A stretch of DNA of 64,000 nt from Candidatus Latescibacterota bacterium (GTDB lineage: Bacteria; Latescibacterota; UBA2968; UBA8231): assembly GCA_965248265.1 (NCBI GenBank), contig CBDFJF010000001.1:2592001-2656000 (forward strand), in the 5' to 3' direction. A program made the position numbers and the translations under genes. The stretch's first letter is position 1; every line of letters starts with the position of its first letter. The notes under the pieces are model-generated. The model was not told the DNA's origin. It searched no databases and saw only the letters and a list, made by a program, of their open reading frames with translations. This document shows positions 47,660 to 58,095 of this stretch, one piece after another.

Positions 47660-48745
47660 CTGTCCACACCAACCCGCATCCTTTTTCTCGCCCGCCGTTA
47701 CCCTCCCAGTATCGGCGGCATCCAGACCCATTGCTTTCAGTTGTTCACGCGTCTGGCGGCCCGCACACCGACGACCCTCGTGTCGTTGGGACGCCAGTCA
47801 CTCCTGCACCTGGCCTGGTTTCTACCGTATATCTGGCTGCGCTGCGTCTGGGCCCTGCTGCTACGACGCACGGATGTCATCTATTTTGGCGACGGAGTAG
47901 CCTGTGCGGTGGCGCCGTTCCTGTTGCCGCTCAAAAGTAGAGCCCGATTTGTGACGACGGTGTTCGGAGCGGAGATGACGTTCGGCAGTGCGGCAGCACA
48001 GAATCTGATGAGAAGGGGCGCCCGTTGCTGTGATCGCATCATCGTCATCAGCGAGAACAGCCGTCGCCTCGCCGTTGAGTGGGGTCTGCCCGCCGAGCGC
48101 ATAGAGATCATCTACGTGGGGGTTGAACCTCAACTCCTTGATCCCGCCCGGGACGAGGAATTGCGGCGGGAGTTCGAAGAGCGTCACGGACTGTCCTTTG
48201 CGCAGTCCGACGTCGTGCTGAATCTGAGTCGACAGGTGCCTCGCAAGGGGTTGGTGGCCTTCCTCGAACACGGGTTCGTTCATCTTCGCGACGACATTAA
48301 CCTCATCATCGTCGGAGACGGCCCTGAATTGCCACGGCTCAGAGAGGCACAGAAAGTGGCCCAGACTCAGCGTATCCTCCTTCTGGGTTCCGTCGACGAT
48401 GAAACCGCGGCCATGCTGCGCAGCAATGCAGGGTTATTTATAATGCCCAATGTCCCCCTGGCAGATGACGTGGAAGGCTATGGCATTGCCCCATTGGAAT
48501 GCATGTTCGTCAAAACGCCGGTCGTCGCCTTTGCCGTTGACGCCTTGGTGGAGAGCATCCGGGAAGGCGGATACCTGGTAGAATCTGGAGACTATCCCGC
48601 TTTCGCCCGTAAGATCCACGAGTTCTTTGCGCTCTGTGAAGGGGACCAACGCCGCATTGGTGACGCAGCTCGTGAGTACGTGACTCGTGAGTACGGATGG
48701 GATCTGATGGCGGATCACTATGAGAACGTTTTTTCTGCCGACTGA
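47660..48745 (+). CDS. Glycosyltransferase family 4
   Basis: ARRYPPSIGGIQ, SRQVPRKG and FIMPN..VEGYGIAPLE. Start uncertain; the homologous region begins near 47660 (CTG after GGAG). Confidence 0.85.
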   Translation: MSTPTRILFLARRYPPSIGGIQTHCFQLFTRLAARTPTTLVSLGRQSLLHLAWFLPYIWLRCVWALLLRRTDVIYFGDGVACAVAPFLLPLKSRARFVTTVFGAEMTFGSAAAQNLMRRGARCCDRIIVISENSRRLAVEWGLPAERIEIIYVGVEPQLLDPARDEELRREFEERHGLSFAQSDVVLNLSRQVPRKGLVAFLEHGFVHLRDDINLIIVGDGPELPRLREAQKVAQTQRILLLGSVDDETAAMLRSNAGLFIMPNVPLADDVEGYGIAPLECMFVKTPVVAFAVDALVESIREGGYLVESGDYPAFARKIHEFFALCEGDQRRIGDAAREYVTREYGWDLMADHYENVFSAD

Positions 48746-48789
48746 ACCGCGCCACACCACGCACATGAGAGTGAGGAGCCGGAAGCGCC

Positions 48790-49674
48790 ATGGAAGTGAA
48801 GTCGCAAATCATCGATGTAGACCAGAGCAATTTCGAACAGATCGTCCTGCAGGGTTCAGCCGAACAGCTCGTCGTCGTCGACTTCTGGGCTCCCTGGTGC
48901 GAACCCTGCAAGACCTTGGGGCCAATTCTGGAAGAGGTCGTCATGGCCCTGGGCCCCTCAGTTGTTCTGGCCAAGGTCAACGTCGACGACAATCAGGACC
49001 TGGCCGTGGCATTCCGTGTCCAGGGTATTCCGGCGGTCAAAATTGTCCGCAACGGACAGCTGGTAGACGAGTTCACGGGAGCCCTGCCCAAAGCGGAGAT
49101 AGAAGCCACCTTGCGCCGGCATGTGCCCGACGCACCCCCGAGCGAGGAGGAGATAGCCGGCGATTTACTGGAGCAGGCCCAGGCCGTGCTAGAAAGAGGC
49201 GACTTGATCGGAGCTACCTCCGTGTACCAGCAGATCCTGCACGGCGACACCTCCAACCCGGGCGCCCTGGCTGGCCTGGCGCGCGTGCGCTTGATGGAAG
49301 GTGAATTTGCTGAAGTTGAGGAGTTGGTCGGCAAGATCGAACAGGGCACCGGTGACTACGATCGTGGCCAGGCGGTACTCAAGCAGATCGAATTACATCG
49401 CGTCTGCGAAGCAGCGGGTGGCCCTGAGCAATGCGCCGAACGTTGCGCTGCTGATCTTGATGACCTGCAGGCCAGATATCAACTGGGTTGTTGTGCTGCG
49501 GTGTCCGGGGACTTCGAGACGGCGTTGCGAGAGTGGTTTGCCGTCATCGAGCGCAACAAGGACTTCCTCGACGGCGGAGTCAGAGAGGCGATGGTCTCGG
49601 TTTTTCAGTTACTCGGCCGCCACCACCCCGTTGTCGGCGACTATCCGCAGCGGCTTTATCGGTTGATGTACTGA
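48790..49674 (+). CDS. cnoX: Chaperedoxin (thioredoxin plus TPR), CnoX/YbbN family
   Basis: VDFWAPWCEPCK, VQGIPAV, FTGALP and a C-terminal TPR region ending YPQRLYRLMY. Confidence 0.85.
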   Translation: MEVKSQIIDVDQSNFEQIVLQGSAEQLVVVDFWAPWCEPCKTLGPILEEVVMALGPSVVLAKVNVDDNQDLAVAFRVQGIPAVKIVRNGQLVDEFTGALPKAEIEATLRRHVPDAPPSEEEIAGDLLEQAQAVLERGDLIGATSVYQQILHGDTSNPGALAGLARVRLMEGEFAEVEELVGKIEQGTGDYDRGQAVLKQIELHRVCEAAGGPEQCAERCAADLDDLQARYQLGCCAAVSGDFETALREWFAVIERNKDFLDGGVREAMVSVFQLLGRHHPVVGDYPQRLYRLMY

Positions 49675-49688
49675 TATCCCCACTCGCC

Positions 49689-50489
49689 CTATATCCAAAC
49701 AGCCTGACCCGGACCAAGGATCTGAAGTCGCTGACCCTTCTTGGCCAGGCGTGAATTGGGGAAGACCTGCTTCGCGTGAGCCAGAGTCTCACTCGACAAA
49801 CTGGAATCGTAGTGAACGAGAGCGAGACTGCTGCTGCCGGCTTCCATGGCAACCCGCGCCGCGTCCTGCGGCCGTGAATGCAGCGTTACCTGCAGATCTT
49901 CCGAGGACGCGTCACCACTCGCTGATCCATCATGAATGAGAACGTCGCAGCCCTTGGCGAATGTCGACAGGCCTTCGTGGTAAGCAGTGTCACCGGTGAT
50001 CACGGCTGAGGCGCCGCTGGCACTGTCTTCGAAGCGGTAGCAGCGCGCGTCCACGGGGTGGAAAGCGCGTCCGACCTTGACGGTGATATCGCCGATACTG
50101 ACTGAGTCCCCTGGTGCCACGTAATGCACCTCGTGCTCGGGAAGCCTCGAGGGCAGGCGATCTGCCTGCAGCATGGCGGCGGCGGCCTGGCACACAGCAG
50201 CGATGTCTCGAGGTCCGTAGAGCTTCAGCGGGGGCGCATTGGAACGCACGGCAGCGCGCTTGCGGTTGGCCAGCAGCAGACCTGGCAACCCCAGCACATG
50301 GTCCTCATGACAGTGGGTGAAGAACACGTGATCGACATCAGTCGGTGAGACATCATACGGCAGCATGTTGACGGCACTGTTCCAACCCGTGTCCACTAGG
50401 ATCTGCCGGTTGACGAGGAAACAGGCCGTTTCCTCCCCCGCGTTGAGCCAAGCGCCAGAGACACCGACGAAGAGAATTTCCAGAGACAT
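49689..50489 (-). CDS. MBL-fold hydrolase, RNase Z/BN-like
   Basis: LVDTG, THCHEDHVLGL, TGDT, DVLIHD, HS..DAA and LALVHY. Confidence 0.8.
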   Translation of the reverse strand: MSLEILFVGVSGAWLNAGEETACFLVNRQILVDTGWNSAVNMLPYDVSPTDVDHVFFTHCHEDHVLGLPGLLLANRKRAAVRSNAPPLKLYGPRDIAAVCQAAAAMLQADRLPSRLPEHEVHYVAPGDSVSIGDITVKVGRAFHPVDARCYRFEDSASGASAVITGDTAYHEGLSTFAKGCDVLIHDGSASGDASSEDLQVTLHSRPQDAARVAMEAGSSSLALVHYDSSLSSETLAHAKQVFPNSRLAKKGQRLQILGPGQAVWI

Positions 50490-50532
50490 CGTAAAAGATC
50501 CTTTCTGATAGCGAACAAGACCTATACCATCA

Positions 50533-53187
50533 TCAGTGTTCGCGTACGGCCTTCAACCGATTGATTGCATCACGCAGTTGCTCCAGCAGAAACGGAGCCA
50601 GCTCCGCCGCTTTTTCTAAATGCGGCAGGGACAGTGAAACATCGGCGTTCAGACGAACCAGGAGTAAGCCGAGGTCGCGATGAATCTGCGCTTGATCGCC
50701 GTCGAGGGAAAGAGATGATTGCCAGTACGTCTGTGCTCGATCGTATTGGCCAGTGCTGTCGCTGAGCGCTCCCAACAGATTGAGGGTGTCCCGGCGTTTG
50801 GCTGTTTCCATTCGTGGCTGCAGTTCCAGCACCCGCTGGAGATGGTCAATCACCCGCGAGTAATCCGTCGCGGCGAAGGCGGCCTGGGCAATCCGGCGAT
50901 GGATCCGTACTTGCGACTCGTCCCACTTCAGGGATTCGTCCCACCATGACAATGCCTGATCGTAGTCGTGCTGTGCTGAGGACAGCTCAGCAAGCGCGTT
51001 GTAACTCTCCGCTGACGGATGCAGCTGTACAGCGAGGTGGTGAACCCGGTAAGCCGATTCGGCGTTGCCCTCGCGTTGCTGAAGCTGGGCCACCAATCCG
51101 TACGCCCGCGCCATTGGGGCATGTGCCTTGGCCGCGAACTGACTCTTGCGCGCAACAGCCTCTTCGAGAACGGCCAGTCCGAGATTGTCGAGTCCGGCGC
51201 TCATCAGGCTGATCGCGGTGGCGGGTGCAACCAGATAGGGAGAGATCGAGGGATCGCCGTAACCGGAGCTGTACCTGTCAGCCGCGGCTGCCGCCAATTC
51301 AGGCCGGTGCAGTAGCTGAAGCAGATAGGCCTCAATCATCGCGGTGAAGCGAAGCTGTGGGTGAGCCTGTTGCAACGCGCGGGTACGCTCGAGTGCGACC
51401 TCGGGATTCCCAACCCCAACCGCCTCAGCGACGCTCATCACGGCCGCGTGTGCGCAATTCTCCTCAGTATGAAATCGCCGCTGCCATGAATCCCAAATCC
51501 GGGAGAACGACTCTGCTTTGCGCAGCACCATAACGGCAGGATGGTCGTAGCCGAGGAATGAGGGTTCAGCCTCGTCGTCCTCGAAGGTGAAACCGGCAAC
51601 CCGGGGATACACCTTGAACCGACGGACGACATCGAAGCCGAGGTTGCCGTTGACCAGATCCGTGTAGAACGCGCTGACAACGGGAAAGAGTTCGGGCACC
51701 GCCGTGAACTGGCGATAGCGATTGACGTCGGTGATGGCGATGAAATCCGCGGCTGCAAGCTGGTGACGCAGGATTCTGGATGTGGCCTGGCAACTGAGAT
51801 AGCCACGGCTGCCGAAGATCACTCCCATGTTGAGACTGACGGTGCGATGGCGCTGTGTGTTCAGGACCCCTTTCATGGAAAAGCCACCGTGTTCGACGGC
51901 GATTCGCGAACGTCGTGGCAGGTTGTCGTCGAGCCAGCGCCTGGCCTCGAGACGGCTGTCTTCAGTCACGTAGACGCGGGCGAAGGCGATGCCGTAGATG
52001 CCCACGTGGGCGAAGATGAAGGCACTCAAAACAAGAGTGCCGTGACGCAAAATCGAGTTTCCGCTGCCGGCGAACCGGCGGACCATGTCTGCGAACAACA
52101 ATGCCAGAAAGGGGAGCATCGGCAGCAGGTAGCGGACATGCTTGGTGTGCAAACCGCCGATCGGGATGAAGTAGAGGACCAGCCACAGCACAAGAAGGGA
52201 TGTCTGCCAGCGCGGCCGCCACAGGGCGTGCCCGATGGAAGCGAGGAAGGCCAGGGTCAGCGGCCAGCCAACTCCCGTGGGCCATAACGTGCTCCAGAAG
52301 TGCAGGTATGGCACGGTGTGGACATCAACCAGCGACCAGGCGCGCAGAAATTCTCCACGGGCAACCCGGACCGAGTATGCCAGATCATCCGGAGTCACCG
52401 ACTGCGCCAGCCTGCCCGGGTCGGTGATGATGTAGGGCTGGATTGCCACCAGCGTGACTACTGCTGCGAGCCCGCACAACCACAGACGCGGGTTCCGTGC
52501 ACGGACGATGAGCCGTCCGAAAACACCTTCCTTCTCTTCCTCGCTAGCCGGTCGTGATAGATGTATGGCGAGCAGGATGAGTCCGATCAGCAACCCATTC
52601 AGGCGCACGGCTCCGGCCGCGCCAACCAGGGCACCACACAACAGGTAGGATCGCAGATCGTCGCGCTCCGAAGCGACCAGTATCCTGTAGACGGCGGCGA
52701 CAACGATCAACGTGAAGATCCCGTCGACGGTATAGAAGTGTGCTTGCTGCACGGCCAATGGCGCTACGGCCACGACGATCACTGCGATGCAGGCGGTAGC
52801 ACGGCCGAAATAGCGTCGACCGCAGACCCACAGCAGCCACAGCGTCAGACAGGACAGCAGGGCCGAAAGCGTTCGCACGGAGATGACGGCGAGTCGTTGA
52901 CCGGATGCCGTAGCCAGATCGGCCGGGTACCCGGCAACCAGGCTACCGGCTTTCAGGGCTGCCGCGGCCAGGTAGATCGGCAACAGGCCGTAGGCTGTCA
53001 GCGGGGGGTCAGTCGGGTCTTGCAGGCGGTGAGCTGCCTCGATGAGCGTCTGCTGGTCGGGATGGAAATGATGGAACCCACCATTTTCGAGGTCACCGCG
53101 AGTGAGCCCTACGAAGCGCAACACACACCCCAATACCACAGCTGCACACAATACAGGGATCAGGGCTGCTTTGAGTCTCTGCTCCAC
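50533..53187 (-). CDS. PMT/ArnT-like GT-C glycosyltransferase fused to C-terminal TPRs
   Basis: LRFVGL..HFHPDQ, QAHFYTVD, RYLLPMLP, DSRLEA..W, YDHP, then about 5 TPRs. Confidence 0.78.
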   Translation of the reverse strand: MEQRLKAALIPVLCAAVVLGCVLRFVGLTRGDLENGGFHHFHPDQQTLIEAAHRLQDPTDPPLTAYGLLPIYLAAAALKAGSLVAGYPADLATASGQRLAVISVRTLSALLSCLTLWLLWVCGRRYFGRATACIAVIVVAVAPLAVQQAHFYTVDGIFTLIVVAAVYRILVASERDDLRSYLLCGALVGAAGAVRLNGLLIGLILLAIHLSRPASEEEKEGVFGRLIVRARNPRLWLCGLAAVVTLVAIQPYIITDPGRLAQSVTPDDLAYSVRVARGEFLRAWSLVDVHTVPYLHFWSTLWPTGVGWPLTLAFLASIGHALWRPRWQTSLLVLWLVLYFIPIGGLHTKHVRYLLPMLPFLALLFADMVRRFAGSGNSILRHGTLVLSAFIFAHVGIYGIAFARVYVTEDSRLEARRWLDDNLPRRSRIAVEHGGFSMKGVLNTQRHRTVSLNMGVIFGSRGYLSCQATSRILRHQLAAADFIAITDVNRYRQFTAVPELFPVVSAFYTDLVNGNLGFDVVRRFKVYPRVAGFTFEDDEAEPSFLGYDHPAVMVLRKAESFSRIWDSWQRRFHTEENCAHAAVMSVAEAVGVGNPEVALERTRALQQAHPQLRFTAMIEAYLLQLLHRPELAAAAADRYSSGYGDPSISPYLVAPATAISLMSAGLDNLGLAVLEEAVARKSQFAAKAHAPMARAYGLVAQLQQREGNAESAYRVHHLAVQLHPSAESYNALAELSSAQHDYDQALSWWDESLKWDESQVRIHRRIAQAAFAATDYSRVIDHLQRVLELQPRMETAKRRDTLNLLGALSDSTGQYDRAQTYWQSSLSLDGDQAQIHRDLGLLLVRLNADVSLSLPHLEKAAELAPFLLEQLRDAINRLKAVREH

Positions 53188-53278
53188 ACTCTATTCTCGC
53201 TTGATTCGCGTTGACGCTTCGTTGGGCCGCGTCTTATGTTGGCCGCCGCATGAAATCTACGACAGGACGGTCAAAGCG

Positions 53279-54652
53279 TTGAAAATCGATCGCCGTATCA
53301 ACCCCAGACTACTACAGCCCGTACTCGCGCAATTCCTCGACCTGGCCGGTGGCAAGATTACACGACTCGCCGACCAGTGGGACCCTGGCCGGGGTACGCC
53401 GGTGTTTACGGTGAGCGGTCGCTACTCCACGCGGGGATGGACCGAGTGGACTCAGGGATTCCAGTACGGCTGTGCCATTCTGCAGTTCGACATGACGGGA
53501 GATGAGCGTTTCCTCGAGATCGGCCGCTCGATGACGGTCGAGCACATGGCCCCCCACGTGTCCCACGTTGGCGTGCACGATCACGGCTTCAACAACCTAT
53601 CGACCTACGGCAACCTGTGGCGTTTGATGACGGAGCGGCGAATCCCCTTCGATCGAGCCGAGCTCGACTTTTACGAACTGGCCCTCAAGGTTTCGGGTGC
53701 CGTGCAGGCTGCACGTTGGAGCACCACAGCGGACGGCGGGGGTTATATCTATTCCTTCAACGGCCCGCAGTCCCTGTTCTCAGATACGATGCGATCACTG
53801 CGCAGCCTCATCGTTGCGCACCAACTCGGCCATGCTCTGATGGCGGAAAATGATTCTGCCGTGAACTTGCAGCAACGCGCGGTCGACCATGCCATGGCGA
53901 CGCTTCAGTACAACGTGTACTACGGTGCGGCGAGAGACGCATTCGACGTGCCAGGCCGCGTGGCTCATGAGTCGATCTTCAACGTTGCCGATGGCAATTA
54001 CCGCTGCCCGAGTACCCAACAGGGCTACTCCCCGTTTTCGACCTGGACTCGTGGCCTGGCCTGGATCCTGTGTGGTTGTGCCGAGCAGCTCGAGTACCTG
54101 TCCAGGACGAAAACGAAAGACTGGAGTGTTTCACTCAACAAGGCTCGGGTCGTCGCCGCCCTCAAGAAGGCAGCCATGGCCGTGGCTGAATTCCATATCC
54201 GCAACAGCTTCGCCGACGGGATTCCGTTCTGGGACACCGGCGCCCCCGGAGTAGCGCAGTTCGGCGACATCCGGCTTCACCCCTCCGATCCACACAATGA
54301 CATCGAGTCCCTCGACAGTTCGGCGGCCGCCATCTGTGCCCAGGGGTATCTGCGGTTGGGTAACTATCTGGTGTCCCGGGGTGACCGCAAGAACGGGGCC
54401 CGCTACCGGTCGGCCGCATGGACGATCGCGCAGGCACTGTTCAGCGAGCCCTACCTGTCGACGGACCCGCGTCACCAGGGACTGGTGTTGCACTCCATCT
54501 ACCACAACCCCAACGGTTGGGATCACATTCCTCGCGGTCGTAAAATCGCCTGCGGAGAATCGTCGATGTGGGGAGACTATCACGCCATGGAACTGGCGCT
54601 GTTGATCAAAAGGGAAGCGGAGGACGGACCCTATCCCCGATTCTTTTCATAG
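53279..54652 (+). CDS. Glycoside hydrolase family 88-like protein
   Basis: WTQGF, HDHGF, TQQGY..STWTRGLAW, DSSAAAI and WGDYH. Start set at TTG 53279. Confidence 0.8.
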   Translation: MKIDRRINPRLLQPVLAQFLDLAGGKITRLADQWDPGRGTPVFTVSGRYSTRGWTEWTQGFQYGCAILQFDMTGDERFLEIGRSMTVEHMAPHVSHVGVHDHGFNNLSTYGNLWRLMTERRIPFDRAELDFYELALKVSGAVQAARWSTTADGGGYIYSFNGPQSLFSDTMRSLRSLIVAHQLGHALMAENDSAVNLQQRAVDHAMATLQYNVYYGAARDAFDVPGRVAHESIFNVADGNYRCPSTQQGYSPFSTWTRGLAWILCGCAEQLEYLSRTKTKDWSVSLNKARVVAALKKAAMAVAEFHIRNSFADGIPFWDTGAPGVAQFGDIRLHPSDPHNDIESLDSSAAAICAQGYLRLGNYLVSRGDRKNGARYRSAAWTIAQALFSEPYLSTDPRHQGLVLHSIYHNPNGWDHIPRGRKIACGESSMWGDYHAMELALLIKREAEDGPYPRFFS

Positions 54653-54664
54653 GAGGCCGGCCAC

Positions 54665-55204
54665 ATGCTGAAGATTGAAAATACCGCTCTGATATTGATC
54701 GATGTACAAGGCAAGCTCGCCGGCCTGATGCATGAAAAGGAGGAGCTCTTCCGCAATCTGGAGATCCTCATACGCGGGGCCGAGGCACTCGACTTGCCGA
54801 TTCTGTGGTTGGAACAATATCCCCAGGGATTGGGACCGACGGTGCCGGAAGTTGCCCAGCTGTTGGGGGATCGCAAGCCGATCGAGAAAACCTGCTTCAG
54901 TGCCTGTGGCAATGATGAGTTCCGGAGGCAGCTGCAGAATTGTGGCCGTCGTCAGTTGCTCGTGGCCGGCATCGAGACCCACATCTGCGTCTACCAGACG
55001 GCCAGGCACCTTCTACACGAAGACTATCACGTAGAGGTCGTCGGCGACGCCGTGTCCTCGCGGACGGCTCAGAGCAAGGCCCTGGGCCTCGAGAAGATGG
55101 CCGGTGCTGGAGCCCAGGTGTCCTCGGTGGAAATGGCCTTGTTCGAGTTGCTGGAGGAAGCGGGAACCCCGCAGTTCAAGACGATAGCTCGATTGGTAAA
55201 GTGA
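54665..55204 (+). CDS. Isochorismatase-family hydrolase
   Basis: LIDVQGKL, EQYPQGLGPTV, EKTCFS and GIETHICVYQT. Confidence 0.9.
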   Translation: MLKIENTALILIDVQGKLAGLMHEKEELFRNLEILIRGAEALDLPILWLEQYPQGLGPTVPEVAQLLGDRKPIEKTCFSACGNDEFRRQLQNCGRRQLLVAGIETHICVYQTARHLLHEDYHVEVVGDAVSSRTAQSKALGLEKMAGAGAQVSSVEMALFELLEEAGTPQFKTIARLVK

Positions 55205-55294
55205 TAGCGAGCTGGGTGGGCTTCGAGGCTACCCGACTCGTCGTTTATCCGAAAATTCGCGAATTCGGAGCCGTGGACCATTGCAGTTTTTCTC

Positions 55295-57979
55295 TCAACT
55301 GGCCATGCGACGTAGGACCGTGTGGAGAATGCCACCATTGCGGTAGTAGTTGATCTCGACCGGCGTATCGATGCGGCATATGGTCGTGAAGCGAGTCTCA
55401 CCGCCCTGACCTCGGGCGACCACTTCGACCTCCTGACCGGGTTGCAGGTCATTGTCCAGGCCGGCGATGTCGAACTCTTCTTCTCCGGTCAACCCCAACT
55501 GCTCGCGCCCCTCTCCGTCACGAAACTGCAGCGGCAACACACCCATTCCAATCAGATTGGACCGGTGAATGCGCTCGAAGCTCTCGGCGATAGCCGCCTT
55601 CAAGCCCTGGAGAAAGGGGCCCTTGGCTGCCCAGTCGCGGCTCGACCCGGAGCCGTACTCTTTTCCGGCCAGCACGATCAGCGGTATGCCCTCGTCTGCG
55701 TAACGCATCGCCGCATCGTAAATGGACATCTGGTCCCCGGTAGGAAGGTATCGCGTGTAGCCACCTTCAACGCCGGGTACCAGCTCGTTGCGAATGCGAA
55801 TGTTGGCGAAGGTACCCCTTACCATGATGTCGTGATTGCCACGACGTGAACCGTAACTGTTCCATTCCTTGCGCTCGACCCCATGCTCTTCCAGGTACTT
55901 GGCCGCGGGCGAGTCCTGGGCGATCGAACCGGCCGGTGATATGTGATCGGTGGTGACACTGTCAGCCAGCTTGGCCAGAACGCGCGCGCCCTGAATCGGG
56001 GTTATGGAAGGTACTTCGCCCGTCAGCCCCTCGAAAAAGGTGGGCCGGCGGATGTAGGTGCTGTCGTCTGCCCAACGATAACGTTCTCCCTCAGGTACGT
56101 TGATCGCATTCCAGGTCTCGTTGGCGTGGAAAACCTCGGAGTATTCTTGCTCGAACATCTCCGGGCGCACCGAACGCTCGACCTCCTCGCGAATCTCATC
56201 CTGGTCCGGCCAGATGTCGCGCAGGAAGACAGGATCACCTGAGCTGGAGGTGCCGATGGGTTCGACCTCGAAGTCGATGTCGGCGCGACCAGCCAGGGCG
56301 AAGGCGACGACGAGGGGTGGTGAGGCCAGATAGTTCGCGCGCGTCAGCGGATGCACCCGGCCTTCGAAGTTGCGGTTCCCACTGAGTACACTGCAGACCA
56401 CCAGGTCGTTGTCGCTGATGCCATTCTCGATAGGCTCTGCCAGCGGTCCTGAATTACCTATACAAGTCGTACAGCCGTAGCCGACCGTGTGGAAACCCAG
56501 CTGTTCGAGCGCATCCGTCAGTCCTGCTGCTTCCAGATAGCGGGTGACGACGCGCGAACCGGGTGCCAGGCTCGTCTTCACATACGATGGCACCTGCAAC
56601 CCTTTGGCCACGGCGTTGCGAGCCAGTATCGCAGCACCCAACATGACAGATGGATTACTTGTGTTGGTACAAGACGTGATGGCGGCCAGGACCACGGCGC
56701 CCTCTGGAAGCGCAGTCTTTGCGCCCTCGATCTCGACGTCGATGGTTTTCCTTTCGTCATTCGCACGCCCGGAGAACTGCGTGAAGGCGGTATCGAAAGC
56801 CGGTTTCATGGCGTTCAGGGGAATGCGATCCTGAGGCCGCGTCGGTCCTGCCAGGCTGGGCTCGATGCTGTTCATGTCCAGACTCAACGTCTCGCTGAAG
56901 ACGGGATCCGGATCGTCGGCACTGTAGAGCATACCCTGAGCTTCGGCGAAGGTTCGTACACGCTCGACGATTTGATTACTGCGTCCCGTTTGTTTGAGGT
57001 AGTTGAGAGTTTCTTCGTCGACGGGGAACAGGCCAACGGTTGCGCCGTACTCGGGAGCCATATTGGCGATCGTGGCGCGGTCGGCGAGGCTGAGCTTACT
57101 CACGCCGGGACCGTAAAATTCAACGAACTTGCCGACGACCCCGTGTTGGCGCAGCTGCTGAACGACAGTCAGCACCAAGTCGGTCGCGGTGGTACCGACG
57201 GGTAGTTCACCATCAAGGCGAAAACCAACCACGTGCGGCAACAGCATGTAGATCGGTTGCCCGAGCATGACCGCTTCCGCTTCGATGCCACCTACACCCC
57301 ACCCAACAACACCCAGGCCGTTAATCATAGTAGTATGGCTGTCCGTGCCGACCAGACTGTCGGGCAGCAACACCTGACCCGATTCGGATTGCTGTGACTG
57401 CACGACCGGAGCCAGGTACTCCAGATTCACCTGGTGCACGATGCCGGTCGCCGGCGGCACGACACGGAAGTTGTCGAACGCCTCCTGCCCCCAACGCAGG
57501 AATTCGTAACGCTCGCCGTTGCGAATAAACTCGCGTTCGGCATTCAGTTCCAGCGCCTTGCGAAGTCCGTAGTAATCGACCTGCACGGAGTGATCGATGA
57601 CCAGATCGACCGGGATCTGCGGATTGACCTTGGTCGGGTCTCCTCCCAGCTCAGCCATTGCATCCCGCATGGCGGCAAGATCGACGACGGCCGGCACACC
57701 GGTAAAATCCTGCATGACGACGCGGGCAGGCTTGAAGGGAATTTCCTCCTTGCCGGCGGTTTCGGGACTCCACCGGGCAACCCGCTCGACGTCCTCACGG
57801 CTGATCTCAAAACCGTCGCACTGCCGCAGCGCCGCTTCAAGGAGCACCTTGATGGAATAGGGCAGACGGCCGACAGCAGCGACGCCGTCCTCTTCCAGTT
57901 TGCCTATCCTGTATATGGTTGCTCGTTCACCGGCCACCTCTACCGTGGTCCTGGTCCCAAAGGTGTCTTCACTGGCCAT
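55295..57979 (-). CDS. acnA: Aconitate hydratase AcnA
   Basis: [34 protein letters not shown] and [10 protein letters not shown]. Confidence 0.97.
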   Translation of the reverse strand: MASEDTFGTRTTVEVAGERATIYRIGKLEEDGVAAVGRLPYSIKVLLEAALRQCDGFEISREDVERVARWSPETAGKEEIPFKPARVVMQDFTGVPAVVDLAAMRDAMAELGGDPTKVNPQIPVDLVIDHSVQVDYYGLRKALELNAEREFIRNGERYEFLRWGQEAFDNFRVVPPATGIVHQVNLEYLAPVVQSQQSESGQVLLPDSLVGTDSHTTMINGLGVVGWGVGGIEAEAVMLGQPIYMLLPHVVGFRLDGELPVGTTATDLVLTVVQQLRQHGVVGKFVEFYGPGVSKLSLADRATIANMAPEYGATVGLFPVDEETLNYLKQTGRSNQIVERVRTFAEAQGMLYSADDPDPVFSETLSLDMNSIEPSLAGPTRPQDRIPLNAMKPAFDTAFTQFSGRANDERKTIDVEIEGAKTALPEGAVVLAAITSCTNTSNPSVMLGAAILARNAVAKGLQVPSYVKTSLAPGSRVVTRYLEAAGLTDALEQLGFHTVGYGCTTCIGNSGPLAEPIENGISDNDLVVCSVLSGNRNFEGRVHPLTRANYLASPPLVVAFALAGRADIDFEVEPIGTSSSGDPVFLRDIWPDQDEIREEVERSVRPEMFEQEYSEVFHANETWNAINVPEGERYRWADDSTYIRRPTFFEGLTGEVPSITPIQGARVLAKLADSVTTDHISPAGSIAQDSPAAKYLEEHGVERKEWNSYGSRRGNHDIMVRGTFANIRIRNELVPGVEGGYTRYLPTGDQMSIYDAAMRYADEGIPLIVLAGKEYGSGSSRDWAAKGPFLQGLKAAIAESFERIHRSNLIGMGVLPLQFRDGEGREQLGLTGEEEFDIAGLDNDLQPGQEVEVVARGQGGETRFTTICRIDTPVEINYYRNGGILHTVLRRMAS

Positions 57980-58095
57980 GTCGGTTCCTCTTGTCGAATT
58001 CGATTACAATGCGCCAACGGGCTAATTTCCCCAGATCTGGCCCTCAGGTCCAGACTCGACCAGCAGCATCCACCGAATAGCTGAGCCGACTCACT

